Assembly (NCBI GenBank): GCA_963787835.1
Contig: CAWBEI010000002.1
Coordinates: forward strand, 1,504,001-1,568,000
DNA length: 64,000 bases
Reading direction: 5' to 3'
Source of the DNA: Ignavibacteriota bacterium
GTDB lineage: Bacteria > Bacteroidota > Ignavibacteria > Palsa-1295
Shown: in pieces, positions 1 through 10,064 of the stretch
How positions within the stretch are numbered: position 1 is the first letter of the stretch
Layout: every line of letters starts with the position of its first letter
Translations under genes and position numbers: made by a program
Notes under the pieces: generated by a model
Seen by the model: the letters and a program-made list of their open reading frames with translations, nothing else
What the model was told of the DNA's origin: nothing
Database searches by the model: none

Positions 1-1039
1 GATGCTCAGATAGCAACTCGATAGCATCCAGACGGTGATTAATACGCTCTTTACTTCTCAGCGGCCTCGCAAGCCACCCACGCAGCAACCGCGCACCCAT
101 CGGGGTCGCGGTTTCATCGAGCACCGCAAGCAGCGATGCATCCTTCGCTTCGCCCATGATCGGCGCAAAAATTTCGAGATTTCGCCGCGTGGTGTTATCG
201 AGCGTAAGATATTCGCCCGCATCATATCTTGAAATATGAGTTATATGTGAGAGGTTTGTCTGCGAACGCGTCTCTCTTAAATAATCGAGCACGGCACCTG
301 CCGCAACCATGCCGGATGAAAGATCGTCGATGCCAAAGCCTTTGAGCGTTGCGGTCTTGAAATGTTGCAGTAAAAGTTCTCTCGCGGTTTCTTCGTGGAA
401 GATCCAATCCTCGCGGCGTGTGATGGAAGGCTTGTGGGACAACGCAATAAAATAGGGAGCTAATTCGACTTTGCTCACTTCTTTCCTTGCCACAAGAAGT
501 TCCGAAAGCCCGATGGTATCGAGATGCTCTGCAAGCTGCGCTTCCGCAATTTCCCCTGCGACAAATTCCCCGGTTGAAACATCAGCATAGGCAATGCCTG
601 CAATTCCACCATGCGTGACGATCGCGCCGACGTAAGTATTCTTCGCAGTTTCGAGCAGCTTTTCGCTTGTCTGCACACCGGGAGTAACAACCTCCACTAC
701 ATCGCGCTTGACAATTCCCTTCGCAAGCTTGGGGTCTTCCAATTGTTCGCAGACTGCTACGCGGTACCCTGCGCGGATCATCTTTGGCAAATATGCATCG
801 AGCTGATGATGCGGAAATCCCGCAAGCTCGATCTCACTGGCAGAGCCATTGCCCCGTTTAGTTAGAACAATGCCGGTAACTTTTGCGGTTACGATCGCAT
901 CCGGCCCGAACGTCTCGAAAAAATCGCCCATGCGGAAGAACAGGATCGTTTCCGGGTATTTCGCCTTGATGGAGTTATATTGCTTCATCAATGGCGTGAG
1001 CTTTTCGGAGGGACTGGCTGGGGCTTTATCTTGGGGCAT
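1..1039 (-). CDS. mutS: DNA mismatch repair protein MutS (5' part; runs off the window edge)
   Basis: Not in the ORF track. Manual translation from the ATG at 1039 gives MPQDKAPASPSEKLTPLMKQYNSIKAKYPETILFFRMGDFFETFGPDA...AGFPHHQLDAYL...VAVCEQLEDP...LDNTTRRNLEI...LDETATPMGARLLRGWLARPL, all MutS hallmarks. Confidence 0.97.
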   Translation of the reverse strand, partial: MPQDKAPASPSEKLTPLMKQYNSIKAKYPETILFFRMGDFFETFGPDAIVTAKVTGIVLTKRGNGSASEIELAGFPHHQLDAYLPKMIRAGYRVAVCEQLEDPKLAKGIVKRDVVEVVTPGVQTSEKLLETAKNTYVGAIVTHGGIAGIAYADVSTGEFVAGEIAEAQLAEHLDTIGLSELLVARKEVSKVELAPYFIALSHKPSITRREDWIFHEETARELLLQHFKTATLKGFGIDDLSSGMVAAGAVLDYLRETRSQTNLSHITHISRYDAGEYLTLDNTTRRNLEIFAPIMGEAKDASLLAVLDETATPMGARLLRGWLARPLRSKERINHRLDAIELLSEH

Positions 1040-1057
1040 AAAAAATAGTTTTTAGAT

Positions 1058-1205
1058 TGTCATCCTGAGCGGAGCAAAACGCAGCGATAGCGGAGTTTTG
1101 CGGAGTCGAAGGATCTCATGCAGTCTGGCTCAGAGGTGAACGTCCAGAGATCCTTCGACTTCGTTCATCTCTCCTTCGTCGAGACGAACTCCGCTCAGGA
1201 TGACA
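1058..1205. repeat. 148-nt palindromic element (TGTCATCCTGAGCG...CGAAGGATCT / AGATCCTTCG...CGCTCAGGATGACA)
   Basis: Terminal inverted repeats TGTCATCCTGAGCGGAG/CTCCGCTCAGGATGACA and internal inverted repeat GTCGAAGGATCTC/GAGATCCTTCGAC. A degenerate half-copy lies at 25406-25463. Confidence 0.9.
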
Positions 1206-1215
1206 GCTAAATATA

Positions 1216-1258
1216 AATAGGGGACTAAGACGACTTCGCTTTTTGCAAATAGGCCCAT
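1216..1258 (-). pseudogene. N-terminal remnant of a PemK/MazF-type toxin
   Basis: ATG at 1258 overlaps the antitoxin 3' end and reads MGLFAKSEVVLVPY (cf. PemK/MazF start 'xxKGDVVLVPFP'), then runs into the palindrome. Confidence 0.55.
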
Positions 1259-1443
1259 GCTTCTTCCTCTTCGGGTCTGTTCCAATCCCCGAGCGCCGCT
1301 TCACTTAAGTAGGCCGTATCATTCGGAATATCGGAGGTGGGTAAGAATGTAATGATCGCATGCGTGCCTTCGGGCACATGTACCTCTTCAAGAGGCTGAA
1401 TATGCCCTTCACGGTCGATGATTGCTTCAATAGATCTTAGCAT
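1225..1443 (-). CDS. Antitoxin-like protein (AF2212/DUF104-like, with DWNRPEEEEAW tail)
   Basis: MLRSIEAIIDREGHIQPLEEVHVPEG... and C-terminal LSEAALGDWNRPEEEEAWAYL, typical of small antitoxins encoded upstream of MazF-like toxins. Confidence 0.65.
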   Translation of the reverse strand: MLRSIEAIIDREGHIQPLEEVHVPEGTHAIITFLPTSDIPNDTAYLSEAALGDWNRPEEEEAWAYLQKAKSS

Positions 1444-1496
1444 GGCTGTTACTGGAACACCCAAAGGATGACTTCGGCTTCCATGTTCGTTTGTAT

Positions 1497-2201
1497 TTAG
1501 CATCGTGCCTGCTTCTTCTTTTTACCGATACGTCCCATCGTTTCGATCTTTACGATGTAATCGAAGGCCGAGGGCACTTTGCAGTCCGTGCCATCCATAA
1601 TGACGGTAACCGTCCCGATGGATTTTGCGATCTTCTTGCTCTTTTCCGTCAGGGGTGCTACGTAAGCGCCAACAGAAATGAGGAACCAATTCATCGCATA
1701 GCGAACCCGGTTCTGCGAGGAGTGGATCTTCTTGGCAATACGGTCGAGCAGTTTATCGAGTGCGGGTATATCAAGTTTTTCATCCGGGAGAATTGCAACG
1801 AGATTTCCGAGGCTCCCCCATCCCGCTGCCGCAATATGTTCCTTTGGAGCATCGATCCATTTCATTCCCAATTCCCAGCCATACGCGCTTTCGGCCGCGA
1901 TCCACGGCAAAGTGTATTCGGCGATCCCGGCGTAGGCGGTCGTTACCCATGATTCGAGATCTTTCTTCGAGATCTTTTTCTCGTCGGCGATCAATCCGGC
2001 GAAATACATGGCGTCGTAGTTGCCGGTCGAGTACAGTTCGAGCGAAAGCTCATGGTTCCTTTTGATCTTTTTGGTGATCTTCTTCATGTCGCCCACTTTC
2101 ACACCGAACAGCGGCTCGCGCGCGCCGTGGTTCATAAGTATCTTCTTGGTCGAAGGCGAACCCATCTTCTCTAATTCGCTTAAAACTTCATCTTTTGTCA
2201 T
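1497..2201 (-). CDS. DNA alkylation repair protein (AlkD-like HEAT-repeat family)
   Basis: MTKDEVLSELEKMG...HGAREPLFGVKVGDMK...NHELSLELYSTGNYDAMYFAGLIAD...NRVRYAMN...VIMDGTDCKVP...RIGKKKKQARC. Start placed at 2201 (alternative 2210). Confidence 0.85.
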   Translation of the reverse strand: MTKDEVLSELEKMGSPSTKKILMNHGAREPLFGVKVGDMKKITKKIKRNHELSLELYSTGNYDAMYFAGLIADEKKISKKDLESWVTTAYAGIAEYTLPWIAAESAYGWELGMKWIDAPKEHIAAAGWGSLGNLVAILPDEKLDIPALDKLLDRIAKKIHSSQNRVRYAMNWFLISVGAYVAPLTEKSKKIAKSIGTVTVIMDGTDCKVPSAFDYIVKIETMGRIGKKKKQARC

Positions 2202-2277
2202 GGTGCCCATCACTTTGGTATCTAATATAGGAAGAATATTGGGCCTTGCAAGAAAATCGCCTAACACGCCCAATTTT

Positions 2278-2301
2278 TGTAGTGGGTTTTAACCCTGCCA
2301 C
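2278..2301 (+). repeat. Degenerate GTAG-type REP-like hairpin
   Basis: TGTAG-TGGGTTTTAACCCTGCCAC resembles the arms at 9647-9720 (GGGTTTTAACCC core). Confidence 0.45.
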
Positions 2302-2407
2302 CGATACCGGAAGTTCAGGGATACTGATTAAATCATTTGGCGATTCCGACCAAATTTTTAGCGCGCAGTTATTGTTTAGCGGGGTTCGCAAGAATAATTA
2401 CTAAAGA

Positions 2408-5152
<2,745 letters not shown>

Positions 5153-5158
5153 CTGTCT

Positions 5159-5197
5159 GAACCTGGATTACGCTGATTTATTTCTGATTACGCTGAT
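5159..5197 (+). repeat. 39-nt dispersed repeat (GATTACGCTGAT x2), copy 1
   Basis: GAACCTGGATTACGCTGATTTATTTCTGATTACGCTGAT matches 60375-60413 at 38/39 positions. Confidence 0.9.
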
Positions 5198-5206
5198 ATA
5201 TAGTCA

Positions 5207-5234
5207 TGTCATTCCCTCTTTCGCGGGAATGACA
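5207..5234. repeat. Short GTCATTCCC...GGGAATGAC palindrome
   Basis: TGTCATTCCC-tctttcgc-GGGAATGACA. The right arm GCGGGAATGACAATCA recurs at about 38852-38867. Confidence 0.8.
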
Positions 5235-5333
5235 ATCAACTATCTCGGTAATCTTTGAAATCGCCCCAAATCCAGGATCAGACAGCGGGCACTTTTGATA
5301 CAGACGATTCCTTTTAAGAGAACATACGTCACT

Positions 5334-5408
5334 ATGTTCCCGAAACGTCTTCTCCCGCTCACCCTCTTCGCCGCGCTCGCGGTGATGCCGACGTGTGTGC
5401 TCAAGTAG
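5334..5408 (+). pseudogene. Orphan signal-peptide-coding fragment of a T9SS cargo gene
   Basis: MFPKRLLPLTLFAALAVMPTCVLK* is homologous at DNA and protein level, including upstream GCGGGCACT, to the 5' end of gene 14249-16447 (MMFPKWVLAFMLFTSLALL). Confidence 0.7.
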
Positions 5409-5613
5409 TCTCTTTAAATAAATCACCGATGTCAGTTTTGAGCACCTTGGCAATTTTTTGTAACGTCTCAACTTTCACATTTTCCTGACCTAACTCAAAG
5501 CGGCTAATGTATTGAGGGTTGAGATGTGAGCGATACGCGAGTTGCTCCTGAGTCCAACCAATGGTTTTTCTTGCTTTCCTGACATTTGCCCCTAGCATCT
5601 TTTTTACATCCAC
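5401..5613 (-). CDS. XRE-family helix-turn-helix regulator (C-protein-like)
   Basis: LGANVRKARKTIGWTQEQLAYRSHLNPQYISRFELGQENVKVETLQKIAKVL. GTG start at 5613 inferred. Confidence 0.9.
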   Translation of the reverse strand: MDVKKMLGANVRKARKTIGWTQEQLAYRSHLNPQYISRFELGQENVKVETLQKIAKVLKTDIGDLFKETT

Positions 5614-5707
5614 ACAACAAAAATGCGTATCTTTGTATTGAATCCGTTCGACCCCCGGGTCGAGTATCAATTAACTACCATTAAGAACCTTCATAACAGC
5701 ATGACCC

Positions 5708-8347
5708 ATGAAAACGAAAATAGCATTTTCTATCTCCATTATAGGTGCCATACTATTCTTGACGACTGAGATTCAAGCCCAGCCCTGGCTACCAACCCCA
5801 GCCCCTATCCCACATGATACCTCACATTACCATGTGACCATGGCTTCAGGTCAACAAGTCTGGATGCGTCGTCCGCCTGACACGATGATGAATCCAGCTA
5901 ATCTTATTGTTCGTTTTAGACCTGGTGTGCTTGATTCCAGCAAACTAAGTCAAACATATTGGAGCTACTTTTACGGACACGAGACAAAGCATAAAGGAGG
6001 GATTCAACCATTGAGCGGTCCATACGATGGGACAGATCAGCCCCGCGGGTTTTTCCCAGGTTTACGTCAGTTGCTTTTTGCAGATCACTTCTGGTTTGAT
6101 AGCACCAATAATATAGTGAAGGATACATTGCTCCGCAATTTCCTGATTGCGAATGGCGGTCACTTCCTTCGGCGCTTAACGGCTGCAAGTCCAATCGATA
6201 CCCTAACTATTACTCGGGAAGGTGATACAGTTCCCTCCGATCTCCCATGTTGGATGGTTCTAAATTTCGATAGCACCGTTAATCCATTGCTCCTTGCATA
6301 TCTCCTCACTTGGGAATTTCCAAAAGATATTGCCGTTGCGTATCCTGGGTATCATGGCGGACAACTCGATGGCCAACCTTCTGACTTATATTATACTCTT
6401 GGCTATCAACGGGGTATTCGGATGATTGAGGCGGATACAGCCTGGAATCATGAGGTTGGTGATACATCCATAAAGGTGGAAATCGCTGATGAGGGCTTGG
6501 ACTATCATCATCCTGATTTTGGCGATACCGTTATTGGGGAGGGACACAAATGGATGGCGTCTTGGAACTTCTATTGGGGAAATAATTATACGGATACGAC
6601 GCAGGGTGGTACTGTTCCTGATCATGGTACTGCCATGTCTGGTATTATTGGAGCTCTTTCGAATAACAGGATTGGATCACATTCGCCGTTCGATACGTCT
6701 GTTGCTGGAATAGCCGGCGGACACGGAACACTACTTCCCGATCCTACGTCACAGGGGCGAGGAGTCACCTTAGCGGCTTATGAAGCAAGCTTGAATGGGG
6801 GCATCGATTGGACGGCAAGCATTTTCGAGTCATCTTCAAGAAGTCCTAACACGCCATTCGGTCTGGGAGTAAATGTAATAAATTGCTCCGAAGGATGGTT
6901 TGCTTCCGATACTGGTAACGATCAAGCTCCAGCGCCTTATATCCCAGCAGCAGTCAATTATGCCTATCTGAATGGAGTAACCTTTGTTGCCGCTGTATTT
7001 GAGTTGGATTCTGGGGTTTCAAATCTGAGAAACTATCCTTCTGATCTCGATGATCAATGGGTTATTTCGGTGGGAGGTAGTACTTCTATTCCTTACAAAG
7101 AAAAAATTCAGCAATCTGATTATGGATATACTCTTGATCTTTTGGGTCCAGCTGGGGCTTCAGATTATGGAGGTAATCCATTGACACTCAATTATACGAC
7201 AAGGATGTTGACTGCATCTTCTCCCTTTACTTATGGTGCTTATGGCGGGACATCTTCTGCTACCGCCAATGTAAGTGGAAGCGCCGCACTTTTGCTTTCG
7301 CATTTTCACAGACAAGACTCTACTCTCAAAAACGTAGAGCCAGAAGATATTCAAAACATCCTGAAAGCATCGGCATGGAGAATGGATACAGAGCGTCTTG
7401 CGCACTCTGACCTTGCCGCATCTTGGGTACCTCACAATGGTTATGGCCATTTGGATATAGGCCATGCCTTAGAGATGCTTGACACAAACATCAACGATTC
7501 ACCTGATGCTGGATATAAACTGTATCATTCCGCAGCAATAAGCTTCCCATTGCTTGATTCCGGGAATTGGAGCGCTTTTCAAACAGGGTTCCAATTCAGC
7601 CCTCCTTGGCAGGATCAAAATATGGGGGATACTTTTGCTGTACCACTCGTATATTATCTTCCAGAGAATATTAGTTTCGGATACAAAGTTCGATCACGTG
7701 CATTGACATTCACATTTACACTTCCCGATAGTCTTGAAAATTCAGACACTTGCCCTCTTTTTGTCTGGGGTCGTAGTGGTGGCGCAGGAAACCCATCCGG
7801 TTGGAGCTTCGAGGATTACCCAAATTTTGAGACAGGTTGGACAAAGGTTACTAATGGAACTGGAAGTGACCCCGATTCACTCATGGATGGAATTTTTGCT
7901 CCTTCAAGTAAGGTAATTCACCTTGAAACTGCTCAATATGATGTTTATGGTTGGAGCGATTCAACAGGAAGTTATTCTCATTATTTTGGACATGCACCAC
8001 CCGACCCGGAAGTAGCTGTAAATTTCAGCTATTTCGGTCGAGCAAAACGACCAGCGAGCATTGTTCAGAATGGTCTAATTTTAGGAAGCGATTCGCTTAT
8101 AGTTTCGGTTAATTCCGCGGGAACGATGGTTAACGCAAAATTCTTTACAACGGAAGATCTTCCTAATGTAAGGGTGGAATTCCGAGACGTTCTCGGAAGA
8201 ATCGTTTATAGCGATCAATTAAGCCATACAATTTATGGGTGGAACGAAATAAATCTTCCATCAAACTTTATGGCTGCAGGCGCATATTTCTGTGTTATTA
8301 CTGCCGAAAATTATTTTCAAGCGAAAAACTTTCTGCTTCTAAAGTGA
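5708..8347 (+). CDS. Secreted S8 (subtilisin-family) serine peptidase with T9SS C-terminal sorting domain
   Basis: Signal peptide; catalytic motifs IADEGLD (D), DHGTAMSGIIGA (H), GGTSSATANVSG (S); CTD-like DVLGRIV...GAYFCVI..KNFLLLK. Confidence 0.88.
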   Translation: MKTKIAFSISIIGAILFLTTEIQAQPWLPTPAPIPHDTSHYHVTMASGQQVWMRRPPDTMMNPANLIVRFRPGVLDSSKLSQTYWSYFYGHETKHKGGIQPLSGPYDGTDQPRGFFPGLRQLLFADHFWFDSTNNIVKDTLLRNFLIANGGHFLRRLTAASPIDTLTITREGDTVPSDLPCWMVLNFDSTVNPLLLAYLLTWEFPKDIAVAYPGYHGGQLDGQPSDLYYTLGYQRGIRMIEADTAWNHEVGDTSIKVEIADEGLDYHHPDFGDTVIGEGHKWMASWNFYWGNNYTDTTQGGTVPDHGTAMSGIIGALSNNRIGSHSPFDTSVAGIAGGHGTLLPDPTSQGRGVTLAAYEASLNGGIDWTASIFESSSRSPNTPFGLGVNVINCSEGWFASDTGNDQAPAPYIPAAVNYAYLNGVTFVAAVFELDSGVSNLRNYPSDLDDQWVISVGGSTSIPYKEKIQQSDYGYTLDLLGPAGASDYGGNPLTLNYTTRMLTASSPFTYGAYGGTSSATANVSGSAALLLSHFHRQDSTLKNVEPEDIQNILKASAWRMDTERLAHSDLAASWVPHNGYGHLDIGHALEMLDTNINDSPDAGYKLYHSAAISFPLLDSGNWSAFQTGFQFSPPWQDQNMGDTFAVPLVYYLPENISFGYKVRSRALTFTFTLPDSLENSDTCPLFVWGRSGGAGNPSGWSFEDYPNFETGWTKVTNGTGSDPDSLMDGIFAPSSKVIHLETAQYDVYGWSDSTGSYSHYFGHAPPDPEVAVNFSYFGRAKRPASIVQNGLILGSDSLIVSVNSAGTMVNAKFFTTEDLPNVRVEFRDVLGRIVYSDQLSHTIYGWNEINLPSNFMAAGAYFCVITAENYFQAKNFLLLK

Positions 8348-9633
8348 AAAAACGAGCAATTTTGCTTGTAGCAATTAATATCCTGATCCACTGCGATCTT
8401 CATGCGCAGTGGATTCAGGATACTCTTTTGTATCATAATGATGGTTCCTGGGCCATGGTCACTTTGCACGACACACTCTATGTGTCTTCCCATGCCACAA
8501 TTTTACGTTCAACGAATGAAGGAAATTCTTGGCAAGAATCGGGAAAGGGTCTGATTTCTGGAGAGACATATCTGCCTTTTTTAGGAGCCGGAAATTTTAT
8601 GTTGGCACAAGTTTCAGGAATAGGTCTCCCCGAAGACACCAACTTTGGGAAGTTGTTTCGTTCAACGGATGCCGGTGCTTCATGGGTAAGAGTTAACATT
8701 CCAGCTTTTTCGATTGGGAATGGATTATTAACCTCAATTGACACTGAATTTTTCGTTTCTGGAGTGAAAGGCTTACTTAGTTCCTCAGACAGTGGTGTTT
8801 CTTGGATCGTTGCGACATCCGACAGCAACAGCGGATTGCTGTCCGGTTCTCACGTCAATTGCGTATTGCGGTTAGGCACCCGGATTTTGGTGGGAAGTGA
8901 TACTGGAATTTTTGTTACTACAGATAGCGGTCAATCTTGGAACATATTACAATCAACGGATACTCTGAGAGAAGTTCATACATTAATCTCACATGGACGA
9001 TATATTTTTGCAGCCGCAAACGACTCCATTTTTCGCTCTTCAGATTCCGGTCAAACGTGGCTTGATATTTCCGATCATCCCCTTGTGTCATGGCCTACTT
9101 ATTCATTTGGCATTGCCGATTCGAATTTATTATTTTGCAACGGTTATCTATCAGTCCTTTATCGATCAAGCGATAATGGGAATTCTTGGCTGCCTTTCGG
9201 ACAAGGGTTGGGTAATCAAGCCGTATCGGGTGCCTTCTATTCTTCACAAAATTTCCTTTACTTTAACTCAAATGGGGCATCTCTTTATCGTCGTCCTCTT
9301 TCCGATTTCGGCATCAGTTCCGTCGCGCAAACTCCATCCGAAACGTCATCCACAATTCAAATCTACCCCAACCCCTTCTCACAATCCACCCAAATCTCCT
9401 TCATCTCGCAATCCGCCGGATACGCCGAAGTCTCCATCGTGAACATGCTTGGCGTGGAGGTTGCGCATTTGTTTTCGGGTGAGTTGGGTGCGGGTGAGCA
9501 TTCGTTTGAGTGGGACGCAGGCAAGAATGCCTGCGCTACACAGGGGGCGTATGAATGCCTCGTTCGGATGAATGGGCAGGTGGATGATCGGTCATCCACC
9601 GTGGAAACGGTGCCGGTGGTGTTGATGCGGTAA
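8344..9633 (+). CDS. BNR/Asp-box repeat beta-propeller (YCF48-like) protein with T9SS CTD
   Basis: GTG overlaps the upstream TGA; signal peptide; repeated SxDxGxSW boxes; C-terminal YPNPFSQST...YECLV. Confidence 0.88.
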   Translation: MKKRAILLVAINILIHCDLHAQWIQDTLLYHNDGSWAMVTLHDTLYVSSHATILRSTNEGNSWQESGKGLISGETYLPFLGAGNFMLAQVSGIGLPEDTNFGKLFRSTDAGASWVRVNIPAFSIGNGLLTSIDTEFFVSGVKGLLSSSDSGVSWIVATSDSNSGLLSGSHVNCVLRLGTRILVGSDTGIFVTTDSGQSWNILQSTDTLREVHTLISHGRYIFAAANDSIFRSSDSGQTWLDISDHPLVSWPTYSFGIADSNLLFCNGYLSVLYRSSDNGNSWLPFGQGLGNQAVSGAFYSSQNFLYFNSNGASLYRRPLSDFGISSVAQTPSETSSTIQIYPNPFSQSTQISFISQSAGYAEVSIVNMLGVEVAHLFSGELGAGEHSFEWDAGKNACATQGAYECLVRMNGQVDDRSSTVETVPVVLMR

Positions 9634-9646
9634 CCTCGCTTTCCCG

Positions 9647-9720
9647 TGTACACCGGGTTTCAACCCGGTACCGCCGTTAATCGCTCATACGTTTCGCAGC
9701 GGGTTAAAACCCGCTGTACA
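9647..9720. repeat. Inverted REP-like doublet
   Basis: TGTA-CACCGGGTTTCAACCCGGT ... CAGCGGGTTAAAACCCGCTG-TACA: two hairpins in inverted orientation, each with a GTA foot. Confidence 0.8.
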
Positions 9721-9770
9721 CGCGCCAGGGCCAACAATCAGATAATTTTTAACATAATTTCAGATTTCGC

Positions 9771-9801
9771 TTGCTTTTCGACTCAGGATGTTGTATGTTT
9801 G
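9771..9801 (+). promoter_or_regulatory. Promoter of non-coding element copy 1
   Basis: TTGCTT-17nt-TATGTT(TG); also fits the Bacteroidota TAnnTTTG element; 13 nt upstream of ATGGGCACCT. Confidence 0.55.
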
Positions 9802-9812
9802 GTAGTGCAATG

Positions 9813-10032
9813 ATGGGCACCTTGTATCAATTTTCAATTAAGAATTGAGAATTAAGAATTAAGAATGATGGACCACGATTTACAGGATTTTCGGGATTAG
9901 GCAAGGATGGTGAGTTCATTGAAAACTGCGCTTGACATTAATTTTCACATTGAAATTAATGAATAATTTACTGGAATGGAAAAATTGTTCATTAAATGAC
10001 AATTCAATTGCGTTTGGCAGGCACCCATTTCT
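9813..10032 (+). ncRNA. Candidate structured non-coding element, copy 1 (divergent core)
   Basis: First ~45 nt and terminal GCACCCATTTCTTGAGGAAA nearly identical to copy 2; GTTCATTGAAAACTG shared with copy 3; same overall length. Confidence 0.5.
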
Positions 10033-10064
10033 TGAGGAAATTAAGAAATGATAAATGAGGTCGA

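Noticed and set aside
9836-9868. Heptamer tandem repeats (ATTAAGA/ATTGAGA; also 27278-27312 and 58665-58695) as a CRISPR array
   Set aside because: 7-nt tandem units without unique spacers and no cas genes; treated as short tandem repeats.
9932-9960. Internal TTGACA promoter antisense to mazG
   Set aside because: The -10 match (ATTAAT) is weak and lies within a hairpin; not conserved in the other copies.
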